From: Chrysomallon squamiferum
Taxonomy: Eukaryota; Animalia; Mollusca
Assembly: GCA_012295275.1 (NCBI GenBank)
Contig: CM022677.1
Coordinates: forward strand, 6,324,001 to 6,388,000
Reading direction: 5' to 3'
Length of the DNA: 64,000 bases
Position 1 is the stretch's first letter. Every line of letters begins with the position of its first letter. Both the position numbers and the translations under genes were made by a program. The notes beneath the pieces were generated by a model. That model was not told the DNA's origin and did not search any database. It was given only the letters and a program-made list of their open reading frames with translations. Below, one piece after another: positions 60,751 through 64,000 of this stretch.

Positions 60751-61007
60751 TTTAAAAACTCGGTAAAAATATCTGCCTGAACATCAGGCAAGATGATGCT
60801 GTTTTGTTCGCGAAGTTCTCCCATAATCATTTTGTGGAAGACATTGCTTCTGATCATCAGGATGAAGCGATGAGCTTCAACCATTGTTTGATCTTCCCCA
60901 ACAATAAATCTGACGTCGCTGTCTGTTCTCGTATGAAAAACGTGTTCAATGCTCTCCGTTAGTGTTTTCCCTGTCTGCCAACTTGAAACTTCTGCTGAGG
61001 TGGCCAT
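60751..61007 (-). CDS. First coding exon of a BTB/POZ-domain protein (BTBD1/2/3/6-like)
   Basis: MATSAEVSSWQTGKTLTES..SDVRFIVG..VEAHRFILMIRSNVFHKMIMG..IILPDVQADIFTEFLK. Acceptor TTTTTAG at 61015-61016; phase-2 donor AA|GTATGT at 60750. Confidence 0.9.
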
Positions 61008-61199
61008 GTTTTCACTAAAAACAAATAATAATAATAATAATAATTTTAATAATAATAATAACCTCATACGAAATATAATTTTAAAATGTTTCTAATACGC
61101 AGCCTCACATTGCAGTGATCAGTTTTCTATATTCACATCTAGCTATGACCTGTACATAGAAATATTTCAAATACTAAACATTTTTATGTAAAAAAATAA

Positions 61200-61828
61200 T
61201 CAACCTGAGATAATTTCTAACAATCGAGTACTTTCTGTTTCAGGCCTGTACTGTTCAACACTGAGATCAGAAATCTAAAAACAAATAAATAAATAAAAGA
61301 TAATGAAAGAAAGAAAACAAATCAGATAAATATATACCAAATCGATAAAAGATAAAAAGAAGTACATTATGCTTACACTAGTGATTATTATGATGACGAC
61401 AACAACAATAATTATTATTATACACAGACATATTTAACTGTGGGAGATACGATTTTCAAATCGCAATGTACAAATAGTCATTTATACCAACTTACTCCTC
61501 GAAAAGACAAAATAATTAACCGACAATAACCAATCTAAAAGAAACACTATAAAAGAAAAAAGAATAATAAGTGAGGAAAATCAAGGAAAACGACGTGAAA
61601 CTTTTCAAATATAAAACAATATAAAATACCTTGTAATTTCAACTTCCTGATCGACAATTTCTTATAAGCGACTATTTTCTATCAACTCAGTTATAGATCA
61701 CAGATGTCACCGATCTAAGAATAAATGAAATAATATAAAAATAATATAAAGTAAGCGATATATAGCAACAGGCGTGAATTAAAATATATATATAAAAGGA
61801 TAGCAGTAGTAATAGTAATAGCAATAAC

Positions 61829-61895
<67 letters not shown>

Positions 61896-62310
61896 GCATA
61901 TTAAAGTCAGGATATACATAACTTTTTACATTTCAATTTAAAAAAAAAAAAAACGACACTTAAATAATTATTTGTTAGAGAACTAACTCTGATATATTTA
62001 TAATAAATTAAGAACAGTGGAAGCGTCAACACATAATAAAATATAAAATTTTATACACGTTCAATATGGCCGACTACTGTCAGTTCTGCTTTGTGTTCTT
62101 TTAGTTAGGAAACCCTCCACTGATAAACACGCGACTGACGTCAAATATCTTATACGTCATCAAGTGTTACGTTTCAGTTTCAGATTAAAATAAACAAATC
62201 GTGCTACGAGATATATGAACACTGATCTTACATAAATCTCCTTTACAATAAATTACATTTCAATAAATTGAATACTACAAGATGCCATTGTTTATACATA
62301 AGTTATAAAT

Positions 62311-62400
<90 letters not shown>

Positions 62401-63312
62401 AGAGCAACTACAACAAAATCAACATCATCAACAACAACAATAATAATAATAACAAATATTTTTTACAGTATACTGAATATAAGTGTGCATGTCTTGTTTC
62501 TCTGACGAGGCTTGCATGACCAGTTTCAATGTAATCTAACACTGACTGTTTGCTTGTTATGTAGGTCATATAAAAACAGCGTGTCACTGCTACACGAGAC
62601 ACACAAAGATATACTCGGGTGTTATTTACAGCGATTTGTCAAGTTAATTGTTAATACACAATCTGTCCATAAGTGTAGAAATAACCCGTGAAAATAAGAA
62701 ATTATTTACATTTGTCAGCGTTGTGAGAAGATGAACAATTTCAATAAAGACAATAAAGACAACCAACTGACAAACTCATAAATAGAAAAAAATTAAATTA
62801 TATGAGATAATATTATCACATCATCTACTTACATACACCAGATGGTGAGAAACATTTTATAGTCGGGTCTAGCACATATGTTTTCATCTTTAAAAAGCCT
62901 CATGCTATAATGCTGTTTGTTACATGTATATCCAATAATGTTTATTCTTTCTTCTTCTTTTTTATTTTTTATTTTTTATTTTGTTTTCCCTTGTAGATGA
63001 AAACAAATGCAATAACATTTTATATACTGGTTAGAATGGGTGATAGATCAAAACGAATGTTAGACAACAAGGAAGGAACGAATTAAGAAAGGAAGAAAGA
63101 AAGACTGAACGAAACACATGCAAAGAAATAAATAAGATATGTAATAATAATAATAAAATTAAATTAAATAAGAACAATATAAAATACTTTGTAGTTTCAA
63201 AATAGATACCTACCTGAAAAACGTCCTGATCGATAATTTCTTAGAAATGAATAATTCCAGTTGAACAACTCTGCTCTTGATCACTGAGATCAGGGATCTA
63301 TAGATAAATCTA

Positions 63313-63359
<47 letters not shown>

Positions 63360-63900
63360 ATGAAAAGAATTAAAGTAATTTAAAGTAATCAGATCCACAA
63401 ATATATAGCATAAGTAATAAATGAATCATTGAACTATATTTAGGTGATACTATTATTACTACTACTACTACTGCTGCTATTATTATTCCATTATAATGAC
63501 GATAGCTTTATTATTATTATTATTATTTTTTTTTTTTATTATTAAATATTTTATCGATATTTCTTATAAATCTGTATGCTAGGTACGAAAAAAAAGCCTT
63601 TAACAAAATTCACACCAAAAATTTATAGCCATCACAAAATAAATAATAATTTCAATATGTCTGATTTGTTTTAAGCAAAGCAATAGTACAGCATATATTA
63701 AATGACAATAAAATATATAAGACCTTCAAATTTCAAAATGGCCGACTACTTCTGTATAATGCGTCTTGTTTGTGAGTGGTTTTCCTAGAACTGACGCCTT
63801 TCTGTTTGACAAGGTCACTGAACACTTTTTGTGGTTTGCTCTTTACAAAGTCGCCTGTTGCTAACCACGTGACTGAAATTAGATATTGTACAAGTCACAC
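61200..63900 (-). promoter_or_regulatory. Duplicated 5'-UTR exon and promoter modules upstream of the BTB gene
   Basis: CCTGATCGA(C/T)AATTTCTTA exon-like unit at ~61625-61720 and ~63208-63300, with a related unit at 61203-61277. CAA(A/T)ATGGCCGACTACT (YY1-like) at ~62062 and ~63734. Confidence 0.5.
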
Positions 63901-64000
63901 CACGTATGTCGGTAGATACATGCAAATGTTTTATTATATACAATTTGTGTAAACCTGTTAAATAAAAAAATTTTTTTAAAAAAGAAGAAAAAGAAACAGA

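Overview
AT-rich, microsatellite-dense eukaryotic (animal; probably mollusc-like, inferred) scaffold segment with GT-AG introns and a 200-N gap (60316-60515). No prokaryotic features, CRISPR arrays or rRNA/tRNA genes are supported. Left to right: (1) about 0.9-6.4 kb: a degenerate tandem array of ~1-1.4 kb units homologous to the last exon and 3' flank of the next gene. (2) about 8.3-14.2 kb (+): a spliced immunoglobulin-superfamily type I membrane receptor with four Ig-like exons, a TM exon and four short phase-1 cytoplasmic exons carrying YxxL-type motifs; it has one in-frame stop and two frameshifts. (3) about 15.2-26.9 kb: a locally duplicated block holding a small spliced gene with a 39-bp coding repeat (PMEVDPFDDRDIQ)n, shorter paralogous copies, and 3' exons partly antisense to the coding exon. 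(4) A prolyl-4-hydroxylase-alpha exon facing an inverted paralogous fragment. (5) About 30-57 kb of nested transposon debris: Sola-like, hAT/Charlie, Gypsy gag and pol, FLYWCH-MULE, MITEs, minisatellites and TTAGGG-like repeats (a pogo-PHD fragment sits in block 3). (6) An intronless ~617-codon secreted-protein gene (-) split by one in-frame TAA, with a compact CRE/E-box/TATA promoter. (7) The first coding exon of a BTB/POZ protein gene with duplicated upstream promoter/UTR modules. All family assignments come from manual motif recognition; no database search was run.
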